From Fimbriosthenelais zetlandica (Eukaryota): a stretch of DNA of 64,000 nucleotides. The stretch spans positions 29,016,001 through 29,080,000 of the forward strand of contig OZ365114.1 of NCBI GenBank assembly GCA_977030845.1, in the 5' to 3' direction. The notes beneath the pieces are model-generated. The model saw nothing but the letters and a program-made list of their open reading frames with translations, was not told the DNA's origin and did no database searches. Positions 1 through 12,600 of this stretch are shown piece after piece. Numbering within the stretch: position 1 is the first letter of the stretch; each line of letters begins with the position of its first letter. The translations under genes and the position numbers were made by a program.

Positions 1-435
1 ACTAGCAGCATGCAAGAAAAACGTAGCAGAGAAAAAGTCAAGTCGCAAGAGTGCATCGAACAGTCCCATGATCAAAAAAATCAGTGGAACTCGTAGCTCA
101 TGAGTCGAGCCATGTCCTGGGATGGTACAGTAACTCCCGGGACTACATTCATGTTGGTGAGTTGCCCCCAGAGCTCTCTCTCCCTCCCACTGCCTCTCAT
201 TGCCTCCTGCTTGTCCTGCTCTGGCAGCGGCCGTCCCCATGCATGAGCAGGAGCAGCTCACCCCCCCCCCCCCCCCCAGCCTGAGCAGGAGGAGGAGGAG
301 TATCAGAGACCTGTAGCTGTGAGCATCAGCACTGCCACCCAGACGAACCACCACCACTGTCACCACGGGTCCTCCAGTCCTCCATTCTCTCTCTTTCCCA
401 CCCCTCGTCGTCTCGGATTAAAATCTCCAACCATC

Positions 436-3400
436 ATGGGCTGCAAACAAACAAAGGACGCCAAAAAGGAAGAGGAGGTGAAGAAGGAAGAGGGCACAGA
501 GGCCGCCAGCCCACAAGATGGCCAGACGAGCGAAACGCCTGAGAAAATCATCGTGGTGTTCGGCGCGACCGGTGCACAGGGGGGAGCTGTGCTGAAGGCC
601 CTGAGAGAGGATGGCAAGTTTAAGGTCAAGGCCGTCACCAGAAACCCAGACTCTGACAAAGCCAAGGCCCTCACTGAGTCAGGTAGGTCTGTCTTATACA
701 GTACAAACATCGTCTATATAAGTGAACACTCGATTGATGTGAAAATCATGCCTGCACAAAGGCCAGTTCTGAAGTGCCGGATGCCTTAAGGTGGTCCTCC
801 ACTTCTACGACAGTGCTTGCGATACTACAGCGACAAAGGTGATGCAAATGTCGCAACAAAATCGCATAAATTTTATTTGAAGTGTCTAAGGCCTTAAGGT
901 GGTCCTCCACTGGTACAGTTCTCATTGCAACACCTGCGTCACCTTTGTCGCAGGGGTGTCGCAAGCAAAATCGCAGCAGTGGAGGACAGGCTTTAAACCG
1001 TGCCTGTATCTAACCCTTGATATCTTTTCTTAATCTGTCCCATATAATTGGTTATGCATAGTAATTTAAAGAACAAATATAATACAAAGCTTGTCTATAT
1101 ACCCTATATATATATCTATGATCTGGATTCAAATCATGCCTGCAAGAAAGACACACGCAGTTCTGATTTGCACCCCTAGATATCTTTGTAAACTGAATCT
1201 CTTGCTTCATGTAATTGGTTGTGTCATAGCAAAAGATAATACAAAAATCGTCTATACACTTGGATGTATAATTGTAAATTCAAATTACAATGTTATGCTA
1301 CCAAGTACATAAATTAGAAGTTAGAATTATGTTGAGTAGTTATTTTCTGTTTTCTATTGTACTTGCAACACATGTACAAATGGCTCTACATTTTAAATTC
1401 CTGACAGATTCTGTGTTCTGTCAAGAAAGCAAAATGGTTTATGGTCCTAAGTGTATCCCAAACTTTAACAGTGACTGAAACTCAAAGTTTCATACTCACT
1501 AAAACACTTTCATGTTTTTGTCCACTAATTTCACTGGACACGCCTACCTACCCAAGAGGATATATAGAGTCCATACCCGAAATGTTTTTGAATTATGGAT
1601 GAAGAAACGCCCACAGAATGAGCTCCTGTGAGCTGGAGATAGGACGCTCCAGGTCCAATCACTCTGTCGGTTCTTTTTCTCATAGAAAGTTTCAATTCTA
1701 TTTATCCTGTTTTTTGTAATATGCTCTTTCTTTTTTGTATTTATTTCTGTTTAAATGCGAACTTTTAACATGAAAACCAAACGCATTTTTGGCTTTTAAA
1801 GTTGAATGAAAAGCTGCAAAATTATGTGGTTTTAAACTAAATTTTTAACACTGTTTATGGCATAGAAACACTTGGGATCTGTTGTCAACAAATTCATGAC
1901 ATTTATAATTTCAAAAGGTGTTCACCAAGGCCTTTTTTTACAAAAATGCTTTAGTAAAACTCTAAAGTGACATTTAACATGAAAGAGAAGTTTAACATTA
2001 AGTTTTGAGAGATAATTATTGTGGGTCAATGGTCTTATGGGGGATGATTAGTGATGTGAGATGGGGGTAAGAGGTTGGAGTATGAGGACTGGATCATCAG
2101 TTTGTACGATTACACCAAAGGGGCTCTTGTTATATATGTTGGTTGATGCTTAGGCCTATATACATAACTTGTTTACCGATGTCAATCCATGCGATTTGTC
2201 AAATTAAAACGATACCAGATATTAACAGTACCCTATATGAATTAAACCACAAGCAAACCCACTCTCCAAATTAGCCCAGATATGCCAAATTCAATAGCAA
2301 ATGTGAACCCCAGATCGAAAACCGCCTAATATCCAAATTGCCAAACATCGAAATACAAAGAAGAAATGTACGCGTTTTCATGGAATCCACTACAGGTATA
2401 TATGCATACATATATTACATTAAGCGAAAATGCAGATGAAATGATTTTAGACCCACAATAAGCTTATTAATGATTAATAGAAGTAGATGAGACTTACAGT
2501 GATGGCAGTAGGTGTGGTGGTAGGCATTGTCCATACCCTACAATAGGGGACAACCATTAAAATTGTCATTATGTTGACCACGGAGCGAGGCGACCACATT
2601 TTAGCGAGTGAGTTTTCAACAGTAAAACGTTTCACATACAAAATCATGGCAGTTTTATACTGAGATATCTGATGTCTCATCATATATTAATGGATACCAT
2701 TTTATTTTATATATGTGTGCATGCAGGTGATTTCATCATGTCAACTTTTGATTACTTACTGCATAGCTTTACCCAAATTCTCAACTTGATTCATTGACCA
2801 TAAAAGATATAAACTTTGACAAAGATCTGTTGTGTGGAGTGGTATCGGTTGTATTAGGATTTTACGCCATGTCTGGGACTCAGCCCATGTTTAACCTAAA
2901 AGTGACGTAAATATGTTGGTATAAAAAGTATGATAATTAGTCATATCTCCCCAAATGATGAATTGGTTGGTTTTGGGGTCGTTTTGGTGTTGGTTTTGGG
3001 GCGCTAATTTCAGTTGTTGTAAGTGAGTTTGTAGTCCCAATTGCAAGAAGGCATGGACATCCTATTACAAATGTGATGCTGCAAGAACGCATACCTCCTA
3101 TTACATTTTTCAAGAAGGCATGAACTTCACATGCTACAAGAAGGCATGGACCTCCTATCACATGCTGCAAGAAAGCATTGACCTTCTTTCACATGCTGCA
3201 AGAAGGCAGGGGCCTCCTATCACATGCTGCGAAAAGGCATGGACCTCCTATCATGAGGAAAGCGAAGTGATTGGCAAAGGATTTTGATCACTGAATTTTA
3301 CCAACAACAGTCGAACATCTTACGAAATGTATAAAATGAAATCTGGAACAATGCCTCGAGAATATAGTTCTCCGACGAACATTTGTAACAGACAAGAGTG

Positions 3401-6400
3401 GCACCATTACGAGGTGCAATACAACAGTACCAGAGCAGAGCATGGCAGGAATGCCGTCAGTATGGTCTATAAAAATGCCAGCAAGACTGCCTCAATACTG
3501 CCTTAACATGAATGCTTCAACAGCACAGACCTCACTGAGTGGAAGAATAGGATCCGGGCTGCCTGGGGGAAAAGCCTGTAGGCTCACCTCTATGATATAG
3601 GTTGGACATTGGACACCCAGCTATAGTGAAGAGGGCCTGAAAATATGAATTTATTGTAGCAGAAATTGTAACAAAGCTTTGAGTTGGACATCCAACATCT
3701 GCAAATACATAAATATGATTGCCTGAAAATGCCTGTAGGACATTGGAAACCCAGCACTTCAGGACTGCCTAAAAATGTCCATTTACTGTAGTAGAATTAT
3801 AAGAAAGCATGACAAAGGATGGCGTTGGTCAGTAAGCATCTGCTAGTACGTTTATTATGATATGATGGCAATATTCTGGACAGAAAGGATCATTTCCTTC
3901 ATGCTATCACATACCATTCTCTGTATGCCTAGGAATATTATCCCTATTCATTATTACCCCAAGTAAAGCACCAGAAATGTCTGGAATTTCCTAGCACAGC
4001 TACCAGATCATTTGGAGGTAGGCGCATTTTCGGAGCATACGCTGGATCCTGTACCATCGAGTATTCAGAATACAGCATATAGATAAGAGGAACTAAGCTA
4101 GGCCAACCCCCCTACACATACCACACACCCTGCCCCTTCCACATGCCCATATATGGAAGTAGAGAATAAGGTCATTGCCTTATATGGCAGTGCCGCCCAC
4201 CAATGGAGCATGTTGTCTACGATCCGTGATAGCATCTCGTCACCAGAGACCACTAATAGACTGATGGGAAGAGAAGGGAAGAGAGAGGAAGGGAAGGGGA
4301 AGAGAGAGGAAGGGAAAGGAAGGGAAGGAGAACAGAAAGGAAGTTAGGGAAAGGAAGAGAAAGGAATGTAGTCTATTATCCATGAAGCTTCTTTTCACTA
4401 GAGACAAAGACTGAAGGGGGGGGGGGGGAGAAGGGCAGAGCAGTGAAGGGATCGATGGGAAGAGAAGGGAAGGGAAAGGAGATCCAAAGTGAAGGGAGCA
4501 GAGGAATTTGGAATATGTTAGAAAAGGAAGGGTGGGTTAGATAAAGAGTGGAGACGTATGAGGTGTGGGAAAGGAAAGGATGTGAAGAGTGGAAAAGATG
4601 GTGGAGGAAGGAAGGTGAAGAATGAAATAGAAGGAAAGAGAACCAGGAAGGAAGACATATTATAAAGATGGAAGATTACAGGGAGCCAAATGATGGAGAG
4701 ACAGAATGAGAGACAGAGAGAAGGGACAGCGATGTAGAGAGAAAGAGAGAGAGATGGAGACATGGAGGGACAGAGAGAAAGAGCGAGAGGAGAGAGAGAA
4801 AGAGACAGAGAGAGAAGGGACAAGGAGACAGAGATGGAGAGAGAAGCAGACAGAATCAGAGTCAGGCAATGCCCTCAGCTTGTGGAGCAGCAGCAGTTGG
4901 GGAGCTGGAGGAGGAGGAGGCAGCGCGGGGGGAAGGGGGAGGGGGAGGGGAGGGGGAGCTGCAATGTGAGTCAAGCCTAGAGTGTGAGGGAGGGAGCTAC
5001 ATGGAGGCAAGCATGCTGAGCTTTAGGGAGGAGGGGGAGCAGGAGGGAGCAGTGTAGGTGGTTTAATGGGGGTGGGGAGAGAGATGGAGAGAGAGAGTGA
5101 GAGTGGGTGAGGGAGTGAGTGAGAAAGAGGGGGAGTGATTGAGAGAAATAGGAGGATGGGAGAGACAAATAGACCTCTAGTGTGAGAGATAGTATGAGAG
5201 AGTGAGAGAGAGTGAGAGATGGAGTTAGAGAGAGGCGGCAATGACTCAGTCCTCACAGTCATGACTCGGTATCAAGACAGCCCAGCAGATGGGTGGGTGG
5301 GTGGGTGGGCGGGTGGGCGGGTGGGACTGCAAGACCTACGTGGAGAAAGGAGTGAGGCAGATGGCGAAAAGACGCTGGAGGCCAGCACAGTGTATGTACA
5401 GACCAGGAGAAGCACTAGAAGAAAGAAAATGTGGAAACAGTAAAAGTGAGAGGACTGCATTAGTCACTCCGCCATAGATCATTTATACATGAATGCCCAG
5501 CTCATTTGAAGGGAAATGGAGCCAATGCCTTTTGGTCCGAAGATACTAAATGATGGAAAAGATCCTTAAAATCAGATGATGGAGGGGGCCATCCAGCTTT
5601 GTGGCCCATAAAATCTGTATTTGATCAACAAAAAATCTCCAAGAGAGTGGGGGGGGGGGGTCCTGAACCCAAGGACCTATACCCCCTGGATCCAGCCCTG
5701 AATTGTCCATTGAAGGACACGGTGACAGGCAAACATTGCTGGTTATCAGACAAAACGATGCTTGACACAGAAATACGCAGTTCAAATAGACTTGACCTGA
5801 GATTGACCATGATATCTGACTGACCGTGCCCGTGTCAATAATTACTCAATAAACGCACTACGTTAGCTGCTTATGATGATCCTACAGATAACATGAATGG
5901 TGGGTGCTCCCACCTTCTACGGTAACTTTACTATGAATCAAATGAAGTAAATGAAGTATAGTTCAATGTGAATTTCGAAGTCAAATTTCAACATAAATTT
6001 CAAGAAATTTCAAAATTCAACACATTGAAGACTGCATTGCACATAATATGCCATTTATATTGTTCTAATTCTGTAGTCAGATACACGCATATATATCATG
6101 CTAGGTAGGGGCACTACGTTACAGAGTTTACTGAGCGCTTTTTAATATCAATTGAAGTATACATATTGGAGGATTAGAACTATGAGCCAAAAGAGCAGCC
6201 TAGGGCTTCTTCATTGATATGATTTATACACATGTATTGATTCCCTCGATGACTAGCTCTTCAGTGTGACTAATTTTTAACCCTTCCCTGTTCTGTGTTC
6301 AAATCTCGATACTCTTCTGGCTTAACCCTAAGTCCTCCATACTGTACCAAGAATAGTATACTGTACCTCCACTCCATTCTTTCCCATCAAAGCCACAACC

Positions 6401-8715
6401 TATACGTATTTTTATCTCATTGAGCATTGATTGGTAACTGTGTACACATTTCTGATAATGCTCCACAGTTCAATTGATAGTAAAAAGTGAGCGATATTAA
6501 GGCTAAAAAATGGCCACAGGTTATTAATCTGGCTAAAGCCGGGACTCCACTGCTGCGATTTTGCTTGCGACACGTTTGCGACAAATGTGATGCTTATGTT
6601 TCAATGATAAATTTTCCATTGGAGGACGGCCTTAAGGCAGACACTTGAACCACAATTTATAAATTTTATTCTTACACAACTTCACAGGCATCACCTTTGT
6701 CGCAGTAGTGTCGCAAGCAAAATCGCAGCAGTGGAGACATTTTTCAAAGCATCTGCCGTTACAGGTTCACGCACCCAATGCAAAAGTCATATTCTTTCTG
6801 AAGGTTTGCTCGCTCTTTCACATACTGAACTTATTTAACATTTCTAGTCTGTTTTTTTCTTCCAGGTGTAGAGGTGGTGAAGGCAGACCTGGACGATGCC
6901 GAGTCTCTAAAGGCGGCGTTAGAGGGAGCTTACGGCGTCTTCGCGGTCACCAACTTCTTTGAGCTGAACGACGCGGAAAAGGAAACGCAACAAGTGAGTA
7001 ACTTTGATTTAACTTAACACTGGGGTCATTGTACAAGATCTATGAGGGCTCATTGGACCCCTTGTTGGTCTCATATCATTGGCAACACTCGGGGCGGGGG
7101 GAAATAATACCAAAACTTCCGTTGTCTAATTGAAGCCAAAAGACATTTCCCTGTGAGTTTTTTTAAATGATTTGTTGCTTCAAAGAGAATTTGACTACGA
7201 GAGCTCGTAGAATTTGAGGTATAGAGGGTGTGCTACTTTTATACGATCTTTTGCACCCTGCTGAGTCTGTATTTCCATCAGAGCTTGTAAGGGAGAATCG
7301 AGACTTTAATTGTTTATTGTTTTAAATTCTAGGGAAAGAATGTTGTGGACGCAGCGAAGGCAGCCGGTGTGCAGCACTTTGTGTACAGCGGGCTGGAGAA
7401 CGTGAAGGAAGCCATCGGTAAAGCCTGCCATCACTTTGATGCCAAGGCTCAGGTCGAATCTTACCTCAAGGAACAAGGTAAGTTTTACAGTCAAAAATGG
7501 CAGTAATTTAGAGTAATTATTTTAGTAATGAGATTAGGCTGAATCATTCAGACGTCATATCTTCAGTTGTAAGATGATGTGTGATGAAAATTAGTCAGGG
7601 GTTCGTTCACACATGTTCAATTATAAACAAGAATCTTTTTTTCTTTCAGATTTGCCCCACACCGTGGTGCGTCTCTCCTTCTACATGGAGAACCTTCTCG
7701 GCCAGGTGAAACCCTGTAAGGACGAGGAGGGCAACTTTGTCCTAGGTAAGCTTACAAGCATCTAATTATGCCTTTGGAGTGACGCATGTGAAAGACCAGC
7801 CATGTCTTCCACTGCCTTTGGGGTGAGGCATGAAGCTAGCCATGTCTTGAATGGCCTTCTTGAAGTCTAGAATGGCCTTCCATTCCATACCATTCTGATA
7901 CAGATGAAAACTTTCTGACTTGACTTTAACAAATCGTGACTTATTGTTTCAGCGATGCCGATGGGTGACACCCAGCTGTCCATGGTGAGCGTGGATGACT
8001 GTGGTAAGTGTATTAGCAGCATCTTCTCCAGTGCTGACGAGTACAAGGATAAGGTGGTGGGCCTGGGAGCAGAGAACCTCAAAGTGGAGGAATACGCCGC
8101 CATTCTCAACAAACAGCTCGAAGGCAAAAACTTTGTCGCTTCCAAGGTATGTAATCCGTCGTTTATAGTTTTTCTTTATTTTTTTCACAACATATTTATT
8201 GGTCTTCCATAGTTACATATTTGATTTCGGAAGATTATCATAACCTTTTTCCGATCAGCAAAGCTACATGCCTTTAAATATGTAAGGTGTTCTGGCCTGA
8301 AGCTATTACAGAAAAGAAACATGGGATTGGTGAGGAGAAAAATAACAGTAGCCAAACCGAGTCATTGTTTTGCAACCCTTGCGAGGACTCCTGCATGCTT
8401 ATTCTGGACACAAATCTAGCCATACTAGACTTCATTTCTTGCAAAAATTGCGATCATTTCTCTGCCAAAATAGACGAAATGTTCACCAGCAAATCATTAA
8501 TGTTATTTTTTCCCAATACCTTACAGCAAACCACTGAGGAGATGGCCAAGATGGAGTCTGATCACGCCGCGGAAATGGCGGCCATGTTTGAGTTCTACCA
8601 GACGGCGCCACCAGACAGGGACATCGAGTTGACCCGGAAACTTAACCCAGACCTGCGATCATTTGAACAGTGGGTAGAAGCCCACAAAGATGAGTTATCA
8701 GGATCCCTGGATTAA
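436..8715 (+). CDS. NMRAL1: NmrA-like family protein (NMRAL1/HSCARG-type atypical SDR), 6 exons, 332 aa
   Basis: Exons 436-682, 6866-6993, 7333-7477, 7650-7745, 7953-8146, 8527-8715. All junctions are GT-AG with compatible phases (999 nt, open to TAA). Rossmann motif VFGATGAQGGAV, then VTRNPDS, AYGVFAVTNF, HFVYSGLE, HFDAK (HxxxK in place of the SDR YxxxK) and RSFEQWV, all typical of NMRAL1. The symbol denotes family, not proven orthology. Confidence 0.92.
789..992 (+). mobile_element. MITE family A (~200 bp, PIF/Harbinger-like), in NMRAL1 intron 1
   Basis: Long imperfect TIRs (CCACTxCTxCGA..TTGCGA / TCGCAAGCAAAATCGCAGCAGTGG) flanked by TTA on both sides (786-788, 993-995). Confidence 0.8.
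3045..3255. repeat. 31-bp tandem repeat, ~6 diverged copies, NMRAL1 intron 1
   Basis: catgctgcaagaaggcatggacctcctatca-like units. Confidence 0.85.
4260..5260. repeat. GA/GGAA-rich low-complexity region
   Basis: Purine-rich simple repeats; source of several spurious ORFs. Confidence 0.9.
6537..6738 (-). mobile_element. MITE family A copy (opposite orientation), NMRAL1 intron 1
   Basis: taa|AGCCGGGACTCCACTGCTGCGATTTTGCTTGCGACAC ... GTGTCGCAAGCAAAATCGCAGCAGTGGAG; the interior is the reverse complement of the 789 copy. Confidence 0.8.
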
Positions 8716-10038
8716 GGCCCAGGGTGCACTAGGTTCAGCTAGAACTCTTAACTCTCAATGATCAGGCGGTGATCAGGATGAGCCTGTAAGGCATGGGAGG
8801 GGTCTCCCGCCTCCCGACATTGATTACTTGATGATGTATTTATTTTGACCTCAGCAGCTTGGGGCCCTTGCTGCTTGTTCTGCTGCCGTCAGAAAAAGTT
8901 CAAAATGAAAAATATGAAACACCGAAAATCATCAGAGCCTGCTGCCGGGCTGCCTGATGATGCATATACTTATAATCACCTCCGTATTCTTCTATTTTGT
9001 GAGGCAAAAAAGTGGCAAACGAAGAAGATGATGATGATGACTTGATTTGTGGTAGTTGGGTTCACTTCCTCGTCTTCTGTTTGGCTGTGGGTTCGACTGG
9101 AGACTTCTTCTTGACAAACAACATTTGGATGGATACTCTTCGATGTTTGGAAGTTTGTTTAGGTTGGAAGCAGCAGGAAAGACACTGACACTTCATTCAT
9201 TCAGTTTGGTTTGCCAACATCAACGTTCAGGCTGCCAAGTGAATCCACAGGACTCATCGGCCAAGATATGTCTTTTAGACTCTCTTAACAGACGAAAAAT
9301 ATACCAAGGAGGTCCAAACTTTCAAATGAGAGATGTGCCAAGGACCACCAAACGATCCTTCAGGTACTTGGGCCATTTAGAACTTAGTAGTGACAATCAA
9401 AGCTGCGTTTAAGCTGCTAGGATATTCTAGAGAAGACCATGGACTGCTAATCTACTTTCAAGCCGTTTGATTCGCCCTTGGGAGAGTCATAACCCTTTTG
9501 TGCCCAGGAAATATTGGAATTATTGCCAAAAAGGTTTTACAAGAAACTAGCCAAAACAACTTGAACATCCAGAAGGGGATCATGACCAAAGTGAGGCCAT
9601 ACCAACCCAGGACTGAATCATGAATCATGAATGGTCATGACTGGTCTGCCTGCTTTCTAATCCACAATCTTCAGACGGGAGGAATTGCCTGACTGCCACG
9701 CTCACCCATGCCCCCGAAAAAATAAATTCATCCCCATTTATTTAGCAGAGCGCAAGCAACGTTTATACTCTGTGAGCCACTCACATGAAAAGAGAGCTGT
9801 TATATTTATAATTGATTTTTTATTTTGTACCAGCGTCTTTGCTATTTCTACGCATCGTTCACAGAAACGTGATTTTGAGATTTTTCCAGCATGGTTTGTA
9901 AGGAAGGTCATAGTGTTAGTCGACTAGTGTCAGAGTTAGTCATCTAGTGTTGTATAAAGATGACATTCAGAGAGAGCACTGAGTTATGCGAGCTGATGTG
10001 TTTCATAATAATTGTGTGCGGTCTGGACTGTCAATGTA

Positions 10039-10244
10039 CGGGTTGCCGAAACATCTGCTCGCCAATGAGGATTTGGCAATGGCGAATCACATCGCATTTT
10101 GGTTTGCATAATATTTTGTGATTCGCCATCGCAAAATTGCCCAGTTTTTCCAATTCTTGTGACGATGTGTTTCATCAACGCCAAATAGGATTTGGCCTAA
10201 TTTTGGCGAGCAGAAATTGGCGAGCGATGCGTTTCTGCAACCCG
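10039..10244. mobile_element. MITE-like element with ~27-bp imperfect TIRs
   Basis: CGGGTTGCCGAAACATCTGCTCGCCAA versus TTGGCGAGCGATGCGTTTCTGCAACCCG; no clear target duplication. Confidence 0.65.
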
Positions 10245-11172
10245 CCCGTTGAAGCACCAGCATTTGTATGGATCAGTTATGTTGAGATGCCTTTTGGGCA
10301 CGTTAGGGGGTACATTAGTCTAGTTTTTTCAACACCTGGTGCTGCTCTCACTCAAGTATTAATCTGTGTGTGCGCCTTACTCCTTCTGCTGAAGAGGCCT
10401 GAGACTCGGGCGGCCGCGAACCTCGCCGCCACCCCGGCCATTCAACTGCTTGGTCTATGTTATAACTGTTTCCATCATCCATGTGGCTACTGTCTCGTCA
10501 TTGTTAGGATATACTAGGGTGGAACCAACCATAGGATGTACTGTTTACCCTTATAGCATACTATAACCAGCATTATATATGCAAGCGTAAGTCATGCAAG
10601 GACTATGTTGATTACGAAAATAACTATACGTGGGATTCTGTATACATGTGTGACTTTGTGCTTATTAAACATCTTTGAAGTCCTGTCAGACACGTTGACT
10701 ATGATATACTGTGCTTTACTAGACTCTTGTATCAGTGGGGATGTCTCGTGGGGTGCCCGGATGTCCCATGAAGTGCCCGGATCTACAGGGCAGGGTACGT
10801 CGCCCGCGTCTCCTTTGGACTCCATGTTGAAAGTTTGAGTTGCAGGTAGCTGGAATATAACCTGTTTATCATTCAGCTACAGTTGTTTGTCTTGATGCCT
10901 GTGTGTTTATTCCTCGCACTGTCTGAATAAATGTCTCCAACGATACACGTCTCCATTTAGGCTTCACTTCTCTTTGTTAATTTAACGGGACACTACCATT
11001 AGTACCAAGGAGGGGCAATGAGCGCCAGGAAGGCCTAGTCCATTTTTGGTGACGTCGTACCGTCAGCAGAATTAAGTACGTCTTAAAATCTTAGGACGCC
11101 GACGGTCTTACGTAGTTTTCAGTACTAGATTTAGAAAAGTGAAAAGTTTCCCCCACAAAAGTACCAATATTA

Positions 11173-11437
11173 AGGCGGGAATACATTACGTCGGTCTCCG
11201 CTGAAGGGCCAGGATGCCCTTGGGGGCGATTTTTGGGGCTCTGCAACACTTTCGGGACTTGGAGGGAAGACCGTCTTTTTGGGTTCTGCTCGACCGACTT
11301 CACTCGAGTGGAGTCGGTGAAGCAGGCCCCAGTCACTCGGACGAGCAAAATCTGATTCTGCAACCCATGCATTCTGTGAAGCACAAAGCTAAGGCCCTAT
11401 ATATATTATAACAAGATTAACAAATGTATTCCCGCCT
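11173..11437 (+). mobile_element. PIF/Harbinger-like MITE carrying one hairpin-satellite unit
   Basis: Perfect 15-bp TIR AGGCGGGAATACATT / AATGTATTCCCGCCT with TTA on both sides (11170-11172, 11438-11440). Confidence 0.85.
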
Positions 11438-11659
11438 TTAGTGTGACGAAAAATACCTGAAAAAATGATCTTAGAAATCATTATAGTGTGACAAAGAAGA
11501 TGTAAAGGAATGATAATGTTGGGAGGCTCGTTGGCTGAAAAATATAATAATTCACCAATTATCCACCAGACGGCAGCAGTGGGTGGTGCATGACAAGTTG
11601 TATCGGCCTTGTACTGTCCAATCTGGCCTCGAATCCCTGTTAATTAAGTTCCAGTTCCA

Positions 11660-12600
11660 GCCCCAACTGCCTGCCCGAAACCCTAAGGTCAAAGCTCTCA
11701 AACCCCAAGCTCCCAACCCCCAACCTCCCAACCCCAAGCTCCCAACCCCCAATCTCCCTACCCCAAGCTCCCAACCCCCAATCTCCCTACCCCTAAGCTC
11801 CCAACCCCCAACCTCCCAACCCCGAAGCTCCCAACCCCGAAGCTCCTAACCACCAAGGTCCTAACCCTCAAGCTCCCAAACACAAAGGTCCCAAACCTCA
11901 AGGGTAAGCCCAGGCTCCAAGTCTCATAGCCCCTGTCTGCCCTTACCAGCTCTTAACCCCAGACCTCAGCCTCAGCCTCCCTATAATTCCTTATTCCCTG
12001 CCCTTCCAGATACCTTGTCCCTAACCCACAGGAAGAAAGAAAAGCCATGCAAAACTAAATCCAGTCACGATGCAATCTATTCTATATGGAAGCACTCTCA
12101 AGCCCATCGACGCCGACAGACCCTGGCCAATACAAAGCCCTTCAGATAATGCTAATCAGATTCTCCCCTCTTCTCTACCTATATTATACTCCCCCAGCCA
12201 TCTCCCAGCCACCACAGTCCCCCACCCAGCCCCCACCCTACAGTCCAACACACCCCCTAACCCTCAACCCCCACCCCATAGACCCACACATGCCCCACCC
12301 ATCCCCCACCCCACAGTCCCCCACACAGCCCCACCCAGCCCCCATCCCTGAGTCCCCACACCCCCTACCCCTCAACCCCCACCCCACAGAAAAGGGGCTG
12401 GTTAGGCAGGGGATAAGCGGATTTATAAGTAATGTGGAAGGGGAAAGGGATCCAACCAAAATTAGTTATGAAAGGGGGTCCTAACCCCTAGGACCTCCCA
12501 CTGGATCTCCCCTTTCTCCCCCTCCCCTCACCCAGCACCCACCTACCCTCCCCATATCACCTCCCCCTCACACCCCCAGCACCCACCCACCCACTGACTG
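11660..12600. repeat. C-rich low-complexity region with ~14-bp ccccaagctcccaa tandem units
   Basis: Dense CCC/CCCC runs on the + strand (G-runs on the - strand). Confidence 0.85.

Noticed and set aside
4153-5477. Many ORFs in GA-rich DNA (likewise 24756-25434, 32258-32815, 50362-50980)
   Set aside because: Microsatellite-derived low-complexity translations. The exception is 25367-25515, a real exon just downstream.
9056-9412. ORF with SFRYLG resembling a retrotransposon RT motif
   Set aside because: No YxDD or other RT motifs in frame; at most a heavily decayed fragment, which I cannot support.
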